DNA from: an uncultured Planctomycetales bacterium
Lineage (GTDB): Bacteria > Planctomycetota > Phycisphaerae > UBA1845 > JAFGLZ01
DNA length: 64,000 nucleotides
Reading direction: 5' to 3'
NCBI GenBank assembly: GCA_964622545.1
Contig: CAZUQM010000022.1
Span: 40,080 to 104,079, forward strand
In this document: positions 54,448 to 64,000 of the stretch, in pieces
Layout of the letters: every line of letters begins with the position of its first letter
Position numbering within the stretch: the first letter of the stretch is position 1
Position numbers and translations under genes: made by a program
Notes under the pieces: generated by a model
What the model was told of the DNA's origin: nothing
What the model saw: only the letters and a program-made list of their open reading frames with translations
Databases searched by the model: none

Positions 54448-55517
54448 GCGCTGCCGGCACGTCGACGCCGACGAGGGTCGCCGTCGTGGGCGTCGGACAC
54501 CACGGCCGTCATCACGCGCGCGTCTATGCCGAGCTCCCCGAGGCGGAGCTGGTGGCCGTCGTCGACCGCGACGCGTCGCGCGCGGCCGAGCTGGCCGATC
54601 AGTACGGCTGCCGCGCCGTCGGCTCGGTGGAGGATATCCTCGACGAGGTCGAAGCGGTCAGCGTCGTCGTGCCCACGATCCACCATGTGGAGACCTCCCG
54701 TCCGTTCATCGAGCGCGGCATTCCCGTGCTGATCGAGAAGCCCATCGCGGCGGATGTCTCACAGGCCGCCGAACTGGTCGACCTGGCCCGCACGCACGAC
54801 TGCCCCGTCGCCGTCGGCCACATCGAACGCTTCAACCCCGTCGTGCAGGCGATGCGTCGGTTCGACGTCGAGCCGAAGTTCATCGAGACCCACCGCATCA
54901 GCCCGTTCACGTTCCGGTCCGCCGACGTGGGCGTCGTGTTCGACATGATGATCCACGATATCGATATCGTGTTGAGCCTTGTCCGGGACGAGCCGGAGAG
55001 GATCGACGCCATCGGCGTCCGCGTGCTCGGCCGGAGCGAGGACATCTGCAACGCGCGGGTCACCTTCAAGCGCGGTTGCGTGGTTAACCTGACCGCCTCC
55101 CGCCTGGCCCTCAAGACCGAGCGCAAGATCCGCGTGTTCAGCGAAGAGGCCTACCTCTCGCTCGACTACCAGAAACGTGTCGGCCTGGCGGTCCGCAAGA
55201 AGGAAAACCTCGACATCCTCGAGTTCGCCAAGAAGCTCGACGCGGACGACTTGACCGATCTGACCGGCGCGGATTACACCGAGCTCGTGCACGTCGAGCC
55301 CCTCATGCCGAGCGACGACGTCGAGCCGCTCAAGTCCGAGCTGGCGAGCTTCCTGCGGAGCGTCCGGCTGGGCGAGCCGCCCGAAGTGACCCTCGACGAC
55401 GGGGTGGCCGCGCTCAAGCTGGCCAGCGACATCGTGGCGGCCGTGGCTCAACATGCTTGGGACGGATCCTCCCGCCGGCGCGTCGGGCCCGATGCCGGGC
55501 TTTGCGCCGGCGGTTAG
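54444..55517 (+). CDS. Gfo/Idh/MocA oxidoreductase translationally coupled to lpxA (possible GnnA-like UDP-GlcNAc 3-dehydrogenase)
   Basis: 4-bp overlap with lpxA. Rossmann motif VAVVGVGHHGRHH and VLIEKP. The GnnA assignment is inferred from position only. Confidence 0.8.
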   Translation: MSAAGTSTPTRVAVVGVGHHGRHHARVYAELPEAELVAVVDRDASRAAELADQYGCRAVGSVEDILDEVEAVSVVVPTIHHVETSRPFIERGIPVLIEKPIAADVSQAAELVDLARTHDCPVAVGHIERFNPVVQAMRRFDVEPKFIETHRISPFTFRSADVGVVFDMMIHDIDIVLSLVRDEPERIDAIGVRVLGRSEDICNARVTFKRGCVVNLTASRLALKTERKIRVFSEEAYLSLDYQKRVGLAVRKKENLDILEFAKKLDADDLTDLTGADYTELVHVEPLMPSDDVEPLKSELASFLRSVRLGEPPEVTLDDGVAALKLASDIVAAVAQHAWDGSSRRRVGPDAGLCAGG

Positions 55518-55562
55518 ACTGCCGATTCCTTCACAGACCGTGCCGTGACACGCGCGTGAATC

Positions 55563-56255
55563 ATGCCCTCGCGATGGCGTCACATCCTGAGCTCGCGCCG
55601 CCGGCGACGGCAGATCCTTCCTCCTGCGTGGCGACGCCATCCGGTCATCTACGCGGTTTTCGCCCTGATCGTCATCGTCGGCGTCTTGGCGCGGCGGTCT
55701 CCCGAGCCCGACGGGGCACCGCTGGGCGACTACGAGCGCTACCACGGCAGGACCTTTCGGGTGGCCAAGGTCGTCGACGGCGACACGGTGGATCTCGACG
55801 CGCCCGACGGCGAGAAGCGCACGACGCGCGTCAGGCTCTGGGGCGTCGATACCCCCGAGGTCCACACGCCGGGCGAGCCGCCCATGCACTACGGCCCGGA
55901 GGCGAGTGACTTTGCCAAGCGGCACCTGGCCGGCAGGGAGGTCGAGACGCTCCTGGTCGAGGGCGAGACCCGCGGCAAGTACGGTCGGCTCTTGGCCTAT
56001 CTGCGCCTGCCAGGCGAGGAGACGACCTTCAATGAGCGGCTGATCGTGACCGGCCATGGCTACGCCGACTGGCGTTTCGACCACCCCTACAAGGAGCGGT
56101 TCCTCGAGGCCGAGCGGAAGGCGCGTCGGCAAGAAATCGGGTTGTGGGCCGAGGTGACACCGGGCAAGATGCCGGGTTGGCGGCGACGGCGCGCGAGCGA
56201 TGCCGGCCGGGCGTCGCTGCGGCCTGTGCTCAGCGTGCTTGAAGGCGTGCGATGA
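55563..56255 (+). CDS. Membrane-anchored thermonuclease (staphylococcal nuclease/SNase-like)
   Basis: N-terminal TM helix. VVDGDTVDL and RVRLWGVDTPE motifs, plus C-terminal GLWA. Confidence 0.85.
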   Translation: MPSRWRHILSSRRRRRQILPPAWRRHPVIYAVFALIVIVGVLARRSPEPDGAPLGDYERYHGRTFRVAKVVDGDTVDLDAPDGEKRTTRVRLWGVDTPEVHTPGEPPMHYGPEASDFAKRHLAGREVETLLVEGETRGKYGRLLAYLRLPGEETTFNERLIVTGHGYADWRFDHPYKERFLEAERKARRQEIGLWAEVTPGKMPGWRRRRASDAGRASLRPVLSVLEGVR

Positions 56256-56568
56256 GGTGACTCAGGTCGCAGAGCGAGCTACGGATCTTCGCGATGGAGC
56301 TCGATCGGCAGTGGGTCTCGAGTTCGGCGCACTTGGACGACAGGTCGTACAACCCGTAGCCGACGCCGCTGCCCTTCAGTTGGTGGGCCAGCGTCCGCAG
56401 GGCGTCGAGGTCCCATTTCTCATAGGCCCGCAACATCTGGGACAACCGGTTCGGCAAGGCCTCCACGAAGGCCTCGACCAGCTCGCCGAACTCCGGTTCG
56501 AAGCCGCTACCGTGGGTGACGGTCTTGCTCGCCTCACCGGACGATAGGGGTGCCTGCTCCTCCGACAT
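56230..56568 (-). CDS. Stand-alone Hpt (histidine phosphotransfer) domain protein
   Basis: 112 aa with the AHQLKGSG phosphoacceptor motif. Confidence 0.85.
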   Translation of the reverse strand: MSEEQAPLSSGEASKTVTHGSGFEPEFGELVEAFVEALPNRLSQMLRAYEKWDLDALRTLAHQLKGSGVGYGLYDLSSKCAELETHCRSSSIAKIRSSLCDLSHLIARLQAR

Positions 56569-56922
56569 GGTGTGCTCTTTCCTCTACGTAGTCTGCCAGC
56601 CCCTGCTTCGATACGCTCCTGCCCGCCGTGCGGTCTCGCTGCGGGCCGCCCCGAGGGTATCACCAGCCTCCGCCATTTGCGGAAGGTCCGCGCCCACGCC
56701 ACCGGTGTGGGGCACGAGTCGATGGACTGCTATTACTATGTCGGCATGGTTACAGCAGAGCTTGACAATTTGCGGTGCTTCTTAACGAAGTCGTCCCCGA
56801 GAGTCGTGATGCACGCGGTTGTCCCGGACCAAACGTGGCTATTCGCACCTGTTGGAATCCGTATCGAGCTTCGCTTTGTGTAAGTCGCCGTGTGAAGTAG
56901 GGCGGCGGATGGGAACCAACGA

Positions 56923-59607
56923 TCAGAAGCCGGCCTCGGTGTCGACCCGATGCATGACCTCTGCGATCAGGGCGTTGAGGCTGGCCAGGTCACGGGCCGC
57001 CTCGTCCAGGAGGTCCTGACGGCTGGCCTGATCGATGTGAGCGAGAGCCACATCTAACTCACTCAGGCCACTAGCTTTACTCTCATGGTCCAGCCGCTGG
57101 GCCAGCTCCGAGAGGAGCTGGCCATCCTGGGCATGCCAGGCCTGCCAAAGCTCCTCCAGCCGCTGGGGCAGCGTCCTGACGAACGCCTCCAGATCGCTGG
57201 TCGTCTGACCTTGGGCGGCGGGGGTGCCTGGTTGGTCGGTTGGCGACAGGATGCTTGCCGTTGGGGGCAATCTGGGTTCCCCGGCGTCGGGTGCGTTCGA
57301 TGGCCTGGACCGATCACTCGTCTTGCCGAGCCAGGCCGAGACGGACTCGACCAGGACACCTCGGTCCACGGGCTTGCTGATGTAGGCGTCGCATCCCGCC
57401 TCGAGGCATTGGTCCTCGTCGCCCCGCATCGCATGCGCGGTCAGGGCCAGTATGGGGCGATCGTATCCCGCAGCACGCAGCGACCGCGTCGCCTCGTACC
57501 CGTCCATGACGGGCATCTGCATGTCCATCAAGACGACGTCGTAGTGTGAGGACAGGGCCTTGTCCATGCCGACCCGGCCGTTCTCGGCCACGTCCAGCTC
57601 GACTCCGGCCTTGGTGAGCATCATCGTGATCAGACGCCGGTTGTCGGGTCCGTCCTCGACGAGCAGGACCTTGCAGTCGAGCTGTCGGTGCTTCGGTTCC
57701 ACAGCGTCGGTCGACAGGGTCCGCGCCTCGGTACTGTCGGGCAGGTACCGCTTCACGCCTTCGAGCGGGCCCGTCGGGATCTCGAGCGTGAAGGTGCTTC
57801 CCGTGCCAGGCTCGCTGTCGACCGTCACCCGGCCCCCGAGTAGTTGGGCGATGCGGCAGGTTACGGCCAGGCCCAGCCCCGTTCCGCCGTACTTGCGCGT
57901 CGTGGAGGCGTCGGCCTGGCTGAAGGGCTCGAAGATGGTCGTCAGCTTGTCCTGCGGTATGCCAATGCCGGTGTCGCGGACTTCGATCTCGATCAGGGGC
58001 TCGGAGCGGTCCTCGATCAGGCGAGAGCGAACGTCGACGCTCCCCTGGTCGGTGAACTTGACGGCGTTGCCGAGCAGATTGACCAGTGCCTGGCGGAGTC
58101 GCGTTCGGTCACTGCGCACCGTTTCGGGCAACGGCGACTCGTGGGCCAGCGTGAGCGTCAGCCCCTTGTGGTCGGCCCGTTGCCGCACCATATCGACCGT
58201 TTCCTCGATGACCTGGACGATGGAGCACTCGGCGTCGTCGAGTTCCATGTGGCCCGATTCAATCTTGGACAGATCCAGGATGTCATTGATCAGAGCGAGC
58301 AGATGCCGACCGCTACGTTGGATGGTTTGGGCGGCCGCCCTCTGGTCCTCGCCCTCGATGTTTTCGCAGAGCAGGTCGGCGAAGCCGAGGATCGCCGTGA
58401 GCGGCGTGCGGATCTCATGGCTCATGTTGGCGAGGAATTCACTCTTGGCCGAGTTCGCGGCGAGTGCTTCGCGCGAGGCGGCCTCGAGTTGCTCCATGGC
58501 GGCTTGCAGTTGGAGCGACGTGCGGCGTTCCCGGTTGAGGGCGTCGATCATCCGCTCGTTGGTGTCTCGCAGTTCGGCTTCGATGCGATTCCGCTCTTCG
58601 ATCTGGGCGCGCAGGTTCCTATTGGCGCGGCTGAGGTCGCGCTGGCTCTGTTCCAGATGCTCCTTGCGGACCGTCGTTGCCGAGAGGTGGTCGACCATGC
58701 GGTTGAAGTCGTGCACCAGGTCGTCGACCTCGCCCATCATCGGGCTGGTCACGCGGACGTCGTAGTCGCCCTGGTTGACCCGGTGGGTCGCCTCCCGGAG
58801 CTGCGTGACGATCTTCGAGAGATGCCGTCCGCCCAGCCAGGATAGAACCAGAACGCCGATCAGCCCGATGCCCATGACCATCAGGACGGCATCACGGCTG
58901 CCGCGAAGGAGACTTCCGACGACGGTCGTCACATGGCGCGTCGTTTGGGCCGACACCTTCTGCGCCGCCTTGAGCGGCTGGGTGAACTCATCGACAGTGG
59001 TCGTGGCGGCCACGCAAAGCCGGATGCCGTCGGCCGTGGTGGCCTCGAGGGACGCCAGGTGGAGGTACTTGTCTTGCATCGTGCCGTCGTCGGTCCGCCA
59101 GGTGTAGTAGCCGGCTGCATCGCCGCCGTTCATCACCGCCCGGAAGAGCCCGCACAGTTTGGGGAACTGCTTTTCCGTGTCCATCATCCGGACCCCGACC
59201 ACGCTGGGGCTCGGGTGAAAGTGTACGATCGTCGTGCGGCAGTCGTGCAACGCGGTGTACCCGGTCTGGCCGACCGGCTGGAGGGCGATGTCACGGAAAT
59301 CGGCGTCGCGTTTGAGATCCTCAAGCGTTCGATCCGGGTGTGCCTGGAGGTAGAGCGAGAGCTGAAGGGCGACGTCTTGGGCCTTCTCCTGGATCGCCGA
59401 CTCGATCATACCGCGTATGACGGCCTCGCCGCGCTGCCATTCCACCTGGCGCCCTTCCGCCAGGACGCGCCGCGTTTCGGAGGGCAGGCGATGGGTCAGG
59501 GCCTGGACGGCCAGACCCACGGCGACCATCGGGGCGAGCGCCGAGAGCAGCGCGAGCAGCGTAAGCCGCCTGCTGAAACGCCGTCCCCACAGCCACGTTA
59601 GTCGCAT
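56923..59607 (-). CDS. Hybrid sensor histidine kinase/response regulator with periplasmic sensor, HAMP, HisKA, HATPase, REC and a C-terminal Hpt-like region
   Basis: H-box MSHEIRTPL; LLGNAVKFT, DTGIGI and GGTGLGL; REC domain VLLVEDGPDNRR...VLMDMQMPVMDG. The likely start is ATG 59607 (MRLTWLWGRRF...); the ORF opens at 59835. Confidence 0.9.
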   Translation of the reverse strand: MRLTWLWGRRFSRRLTLLALLSALAPMVAVGLAVQALTHRLPSETRRVLAEGRQVEWQRGEAVIRGMIESAIQEKAQDVALQLSLYLQAHPDRTLEDLKRDADFRDIALQPVGQTGYTALHDCRTTIVHFHPSPSVVGVRMMDTEKQFPKLCGLFRAVMNGGDAAGYYTWRTDDGTMQDKYLHLASLEATTADGIRLCVAATTTVDEFTQPLKAAQKVSAQTTRHVTTVVGSLLRGSRDAVLMVMGIGLIGVLVLSWLGGRHLSKIVTQLREATHRVNQGDYDVRVTSPMMGEVDDLVHDFNRMVDHLSATTVRKEHLEQSQRDLSRANRNLRAQIEERNRIEAELRDTNERMIDALNRERRTSLQLQAAMEQLEAASREALAANSAKSEFLANMSHEIRTPLTAILGFADLLCENIEGEDQRAAAQTIQRSGRHLLALINDILDLSKIESGHMELDDAECSIVQVIEETVDMVRQRADHKGLTLTLAHESPLPETVRSDRTRLRQALVNLLGNAVKFTDQGSVDVRSRLIEDRSEPLIEIEVRDTGIGIPQDKLTTIFEPFSQADASTTRKYGGTGLGLAVTCRIAQLLGGRVTVDSEPGTGSTFTLEIPTGPLEGVKRYLPDSTEARTLSTDAVEPKHRQLDCKVLLVEDGPDNRRLITMMLTKAGVELDVAENGRVGMDKALSSHYDVVLMDMQMPVMDGYEATRSLRAAGYDRPILALTAHAMRGDEDQCLEAGCDAYISKPVDRGVLVESVSAWLGKTSDRSRPSNAPDAGEPRLPPTASILSPTDQPGTPAAQGQTTSDLEAFVRTLPQRLEELWQAWHAQDGQLLSELAQRLDHESKASGLSELDVALAHIDQASRQDLLDEAARDLASLNALIAEVMHRVDTEAGF

Positions 59608-59934
59608 CCGTCTAGCCTCGCTGGAAACACCGGGCCACCTGGTCGAAGGCCCGAACCGGTCCCAGAGGGTCCCACCGGAACCGGAGCCCGGCTCACGGCC
59701 TGGGCGCCCCCCCCGGCCAACCGCCGATGGATCGCCGTCATCACACAGATCGGTGAAAACCCTTGCGGTATTGAGCGTATGCGAGTCGGCTTCATGCTCG
59801 AGGATCCGGTAGAGCTCTTTCCCGGCAGGCAGCAAGATGCGGACGTCGGTCCTGCGGCCTTACCAGGTCTGATAACGGATCGGACGCTTGAGAAGGGTCG
59901 GATGCGAGGCCGAGCCGCTCGATCGCTCAGACCG

Positions 59935-61485
59935 TCAGCAGGCGCCCTGGAAGAACTTGCCCATCGTGCGGAGCATGATGGCCAGGTCGAGCTCGAGTCC
60001 CATGTGCTTGATGTAGTACAGGTCCAGTTGCAGCTTCTTCCTTGCGTCGTCGACGCTCGCCCCGTATCGGAAGTTGATCTGCGCCCAGCCCGTCAGACCC
60101 GGCTTGACGAGCAGCCGCTCGCTGTAGAAGGGGATCTCGCGGCGAAGCCGCTCAACGAACTCCGGTCGCTCGGGTCTGGGGCCCACCAGCGACATGTGAC
60201 CCAACAGGATGTTCCAGAGCTGGGGCACCTCATCGAGCCGGCTCCTGCGGAGGAAACCCCCGATGGGCCGGACACGCGGGTCGTTCTCGACGGCCCAGGC
60301 CGCGACGCCTTCCGGTTCGGCGTCCACGGGCATGGTCCGGAACTTGTAGAGCGTGAAGATCTTGCCCTTGTGGCCCATCCGCCGCTGCGAATAGAAGATC
60401 GGACCGCGGCTGTCGATCTTGACCAGCAGGGCGATCAGCGGCCACAGCGGTAGACTGAGCGTCAGCCCGATGACGGCCGTCGCTACGTCGACGATCCGCT
60501 TGATGGCCATGGCCTCCTCGCGGTGGCTCTGCAGGTCGGCGAAGAGGAACCAATCCGGGCCGATGTGGTGCACGGGGATCTCGCCGAAGGCCTTCTCGCA
60601 GAAGGTCACCTCGTTGGTCACGCGGCAGCCGAGGCGCATGCACGCCAGAGCGGCCTCGGCCACGTCCGGTCGTTGGGCGAGCTTGCTGCCGACGACGACC
60701 TCGTGGACCTCATGTTCGGTGATGATGCGCTCGATGTGATCGGTCGTGCTGAGCACGCGACAGCCCTGCCGCAGCCGCCCGACCAGGTCGGGGTCGGGAT
60801 CGACGAAGCCGACGATGCGGTAGCCGCGAAGCAGCCGCCTCTTGATCGCCTGGACGGCGAGCTGTTCGCTCGGTCCGGTCCCGATCACGAGCAGGCCCAG
60901 CGGGTAGTTCCGCAACGACCAGTAGGCGAGCAAACGCAGCGCCGGCCCGAGAATCAGGAACGTGGCGACCCCCCCTGCCGCCACGCGCCTGCTCAGGCCG
61001 GCGTAGAGGAACACGTGGATAACGACGTAGGTCAGCCCCGCGGCCATGGCGATGGTCATCAGCGCCCGCGCCGCCACGCGCGTGCGATGCAGCATGGTGT
61101 CGCGCTCGTACCAGCCGAAGACCATGCCGCCCATCACCAGGGCGCTGCCGAAGATCAGCTCGATCATGTAGGGATAGGGCACCGTCGCGGCGGGCCACCA
61201 GACGAGGACCTGGCTTCCGATCCAGATACCGCCCCACAGGCAAAGGAGATCCACCAGGATCCACGCGAGACGGGGCATCGACCAGAGAAGACGACCGATC
61301 AGGATCCAGAGATTGCGGCGCCCGGACTGGACGGTTTCGAGGCCGTGGGCTGCGGCCTCGGTGAGCGAGCCGACCGGTGCCGGTGCAGATGCGTTTGGTA
61401 TGACCCAGCCTTCCGCGCTCACGTCGGGACCTCGTTTATCGGCGGTGGTGTGAGCATCGGCACGATGACCGGACCGATTAAGCAA
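59935..61485 (-). CDS. Polyprenyl-phosphate glycosyl-1-phosphate transferase (WbaP/exopolysaccharide priming sugar transferase family)
   Basis: N-terminal TM helices, a central Rossmann-like region, and a C-terminal bacterial sugar transferase domain (GPRPERPEF, PGLTGWAQI). The exact start is uncertain. Confidence 0.88.
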   Translation of the reverse strand: MLNRSGHRADAHTTADKRGPDVSAEGWVIPNASAPAPVGSLTEAAAHGLETVQSGRRNLWILIGRLLWSMPRLAWILVDLLCLWGGIWIGSQVLVWWPAATVPYPYMIELIFGSALVMGGMVFGWYERDTMLHRTRVAARALMTIAMAAGLTYVVIHVFLYAGLSRRVAAGGVATFLILGPALRLLAYWSLRNYPLGLLVIGTGPSEQLAVQAIKRRLLRGYRIVGFVDPDPDLVGRLRQGCRVLSTTDHIERIITEHEVHEVVVGSKLAQRPDVAEAALACMRLGCRVTNEVTFCEKAFGEIPVHHIGPDWFLFADLQSHREEAMAIKRIVDVATAVIGLTLSLPLWPLIALLVKIDSRGPIFYSQRRMGHKGKIFTLYKFRTMPVDAEPEGVAAWAVENDPRVRPIGGFLRRSRLDEVPQLWNILLGHMSLVGPRPERPEFVERLRREIPFYSERLLVKPGLTGWAQINFRYGASVDDARKKLQLDLYYIKHMGLELDLAIMLRTMGKFFQGAC

Positions 61486-61726
61486 CCCGGGCCAAAAAAG
61501 GGGTGCGAGGTGCCTCGGAACGCTAGACCTGCCTGCCGCCCCCCTTGTCCCGGCGCCGGGCTCGACGGGGCGTTATCGGACGGCCGCGGCCGCTGGCGCC
61601 ATGGCACGAATGGTTTTCGGATGCTCACCGGGCCCATAACGCCCGGCGCGTGGATTTATGGGAACGCGTCGAGGCCACAGACCGATAAGGGGAAGGCATG
61701 ACTTCGCCGAGGACAATCGACGCACG

Positions 61727-62560
61727 ATGACGAGCAAAGCCATGAATGCGATCACACGGGCTTGCGTGACGACGACGCTGCTGGCCGCGGGTCTGGCGGC
61801 CCTGGCCTGGCCGGGATGCGCCTCGAGCCAGCCCACTCCGACGACGGTCCGGCATGTCGAGTTCGCCCAGCTCGCCGCCAGCGCGCCTCGACCCGAGACG
61901 AACACCTACATGATCCTCCAGAAGGGCAAGACCTCGGGGCGGTTCCCGTGCAGTCTGGCCGTGGTGCGCGTGACCAGCCTCGAGAGCGAGTACGTCGAGG
62001 ATGCCGTCGACGGTAAGCCCCAGAAGGTTTCCGGTCCGCAGCAACTCCTGCTCGATCTGCCGAACGAGGTGCGGGCCGTGCCGTGGACCGAGTTGTGCGA
62101 CCACTTTCCGTCGATCACGTGCGTGAAGGTGCTTGGTCGACCGGCCGTGCCTTTCAAGGAGGTCACCATCACCGACCTGCTCAAGGCCGGGCTGCTTCAG
62201 CACACCTCGCTGATCCTCATCTACGGCCAGGACGACTTCGGCCCAAACCAGATCCGGCTGTTCGGGGCCCTGTACGACACGATGTCGGGTGGGCTGGTGG
62301 CCACGATCCAGGCGCAGGTCGAGCCGGTTCCCGGCCTGCCCACGCCGCCGGATCGGCTTGAGGAGGACCAGCGCCACGAAGACGCCGTGTGTCTGACCAT
62401 CCAGCGATTCCAGCAGCTCACCCTGCAATGCCTGTATGAGCTTGCCCAGCTCGATGTCCCGTCGACGACGACCCAGCCGAACCCCTGGGACCGACCCGAC
62501 GTCAAGCCGATGTACAGCCCATGGACGCGGCATCACTACGAAGAGTTCTATCGCTACTGA
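61727..62560 (+). CDS. Hypothetical lipoprotein
   Basis: MTSKAMNAITRACVTTTLLAAGLAALAWPGC lipobox-like signal. No recognised domain. Confidence 0.5.
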   Translation: MTSKAMNAITRACVTTTLLAAGLAALAWPGCASSQPTPTTVRHVEFAQLAASAPRPETNTYMILQKGKTSGRFPCSLAVVRVTSLESEYVEDAVDGKPQKVSGPQQLLLDLPNEVRAVPWTELCDHFPSITCVKVLGRPAVPFKEVTITDLLKAGLLQHTSLILIYGQDDFGPNQIRLFGALYDTMSGGLVATIQAQVEPVPGLPTPPDRLEEDQRHEDAVCLTIQRFQQLTLQCLYELAQLDVPSTTTQPNPWDRPDVKPMYSPWTRHHYEEFYRY

Positions 62561-62581
62561 TCGCCGTCTTGGCAGGACAAC

Positions 62582-64000
62582 GTGGTTGACCATCGTCGTC
62601 ATCATCGCCGTCGCGCCCGCAAGGAGACCCGTCGCGTCCTCCGCGCGCGGCCTGAGCGGGACATCTCCGACGTCGGGCTGATCAACTTCCTCCAGCGCAG
62701 CCTCCCCGAGTGCGCCCTCATCGCCTACCTGCTGCTTATCGCCTACTGCTCGCTGCTGCCGTTCGGGACGTTCGAGGCACAGGTGCAGCGTGTGGTGGAC
62801 ACGCTGGCCTGGACCGGGTTGGCGACCTGGTCGGGCGGGTTGAAGGACATCCTGCCGAACATCATGCTCTACGTGCCGCTCGGCGTCGGCAGCTACCTCG
62901 TCGCCCGACGGGCGGGCTGGGGCACGATCGCGGCCTTCGTCAGCGGCGTCAGCCTCTCGGCCGGGGCGAGCGTGGTTTTGGAGCTGCTGCAACAGCTCGT
63001 TCCGGAGCGTGTCTCGTCGTGGGTCGACGTCGTCTCGAACACGACCGGCGGGTTCATCGGCGTGGTCATGGGGCGGTTCGCGCACGGCATCGTGGTGGGC
63101 ATGTTGGACCGGGCGCGTTATGAACTGAAGTACATGCCGCTTTCGACGGCGTTGCGCGCGTACGTGTTGGTCCTGATCGTCGCGGGCGTCGTGCCCCTCG
63201 ATTTCACGTACGACGCATCGCGCGTGGCCTTGGCGCTGCGGCAGGCGCAGCTCGTGCCGTTCGGAACGTTCACCGATCAGCAGATCCACAACGCCCACGT
63301 CGTCCTCGGCGAAGGCACGAGCGGGGCCCTGGTGCACCGGCGGATGGTGACGGACTTCTGGCTGGACATGGCCGCCGAGGCCGCGGCCTTCGGCCTGTTG
63401 GGTGTGTTGTTCGGGATGATGTGTCGTCGTGAGATGAAGGCCGGCCGACTGGGCGGCTGGCTGTATGCGAGCGTGTCTTGCGCGTTCCTGGCCGCGGGCC
63501 TGTCGCTCTGCCAGTTCTTCATCATCTCGCGCGGGTTCGACGCCGGCGCGATCGTGGTGCGGTCGATGGCAGGGGCCCTGTGCGCGGCCCCGGCGGTCGT
63601 TCTGACGCCCAGACGACGCAAGCGCCTGCCCACGCCGGAGACGTTCGGCCCGCAAGGCTTCAGTCGGCGGACCGCCGGCTGGCTGACCTTCGGGGTGGTG
63701 TGCTACATCATCGCCCGTGGGGTCTCGCCGTTGATCATCTTTCCCGACGATCCCGTGTACCAGCAGGCGACGCGCGAGTTCGGTCTGTTTCCGCTGGCCC
63801 GCTACTTCCTGGCTCGCTTCCCGGTCTCGGCCGAGGACATCGTCTACAAGACGCTGCGATACGGCGTCTTCGGGGTGGTGGCCGTCCTGGCCGTGGGGCT
63901 CAGGCCCCGCGGCAGCTTCCAGCTCCGCGCGATCCGCATCACGATGGCGGCGGTCTTGCTGTCGTTCGTGATCGAGTGCGCGCAGCTCTTCATCCCGACC
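62582..64000 (+). CDS. VanZ-like polytopic membrane protein (apparently two VanZ-like halves), 3-prime end beyond the window
   Basis: The frame is open from GTG 62582 to the window edge, so it is absent from the ORF track. LELLQQLVPERVSSWVDVVSNTTGGFIG is a VanZ-type motif, and a second similar motif (IECAQLFIPT) sits at the window end. Confidence 0.6.
   Translation, partial: MVDHRRHHRRRARKETRRVLRARPERDISDVGLINFLQRSLPECALIAYLLLIAYCSLLPFGTFEAQVQRVVDTLAWTGLATWSGGLKDILPNIMLYVPLGVGSYLVARRAGWGTIAAFVSGVSLSAGASVVLELLQQLVPERVSSWVDVVSNTTGGFIGVVMGRFAHGIVVGMLDRARYELKYMPLSTALRAYVLVLIVAGVVPLDFTYDASRVALALRQAQLVPFGTFTDQQIHNAHVVLGEGTSGALVHRRMVTDFWLDMAAEAAAFGLLGVLFGMMCRREMKAGRLGGWLYASVSCAFLAAGLSLCQFFIISRGFDAGAIVVRSMAGALCAAPAVVLTPRRRKRLPTPETFGPQGFSRRTAGWLTFGVVCYIIARGVSPLIIFPDDPVYQQATREFGLFPLARYFLARFPVSAEDIVYKTLRYGVFGVVAVLAVGLRPRGSFQLRAIRITMAAVLLSFVIECAQLFIPT

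Noticed and set aside
56740-56790. Plus-strand TTGACA-N15-TAACGA promoter-like site between the Hpt and kinase genes
   Set aside because: Both flanking genes are on the minus strand, the spacer is short and the -10 element is poor. It is probably a chance match.
61625-63655. 676-aa minus-strand ORF antisense to the lipoprotein and VanZ-like genes
   Set aside because: Same GC-rich antisense artefact. The plus-strand frames have a lipobox and VanZ motifs.

Overview
High-GC (about two-thirds G+C by eye) bacterial chromosomal segment with dense coding on both strands. Gene content suggests a Planctomycetota/PVC-type organism, but that is inference only: sulfatase, FG-GAP surface protein, RRM RNA-binding protein, ECF sigma module, CPECG zinc-ribbon membrane protein, fused LpxC/FabZ. 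Most of the window is housekeeping or envelope related. It includes a lipid A/outer-membrane cluster (PmtA-like methyltransferase, LpxL-like acyltransferase, LptD-like protein, two Skp paralogs, LpxD, LpxC/FabZ fusion, LpxA, Gfo/Idh/MocA oxidoreductase). It also includes LexA, a CspA/RRM RNA-chaperone neighbourhood, a hybrid histidine kinase with an Hpt protein, and a priming sugar transferase. I saw no rRNA, tRNA, CRISPR array, transposase or integrase. The stretch most worth a second look is about 36.6-44.5 kb. It begins with an 887-bp non-coding, repeat-rich gap and holds a tight three-gene module: an orphan ABC ATPase domain fused to a GNAT acetyltransferase, a holin-like 2-TM protein, and a CPBP/Abi protease. 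It also holds a GT3-type glycogen-synthase-like gene, an EF-hand protein, and a tandem array of three tiny paralogous lipoproteins. A ~120-nt hairpin repeat family is interspersed here, with inverted copies at 36.7 and 44.0 kb and a 34-bp tandem triplication at 40.2 kb. Other non-obvious signals are an 833-bp apparently non-coding leader upstream of lexA with a palindrome over a strong promoter, identical TTGACA-N17-TAGCGT promoters with long leaders for csp and the RRM gene, and an LpxL-like protein lacking the catalytic dyad. All function calls rest on motifs read by eye from the ORF translations; no database search was run.
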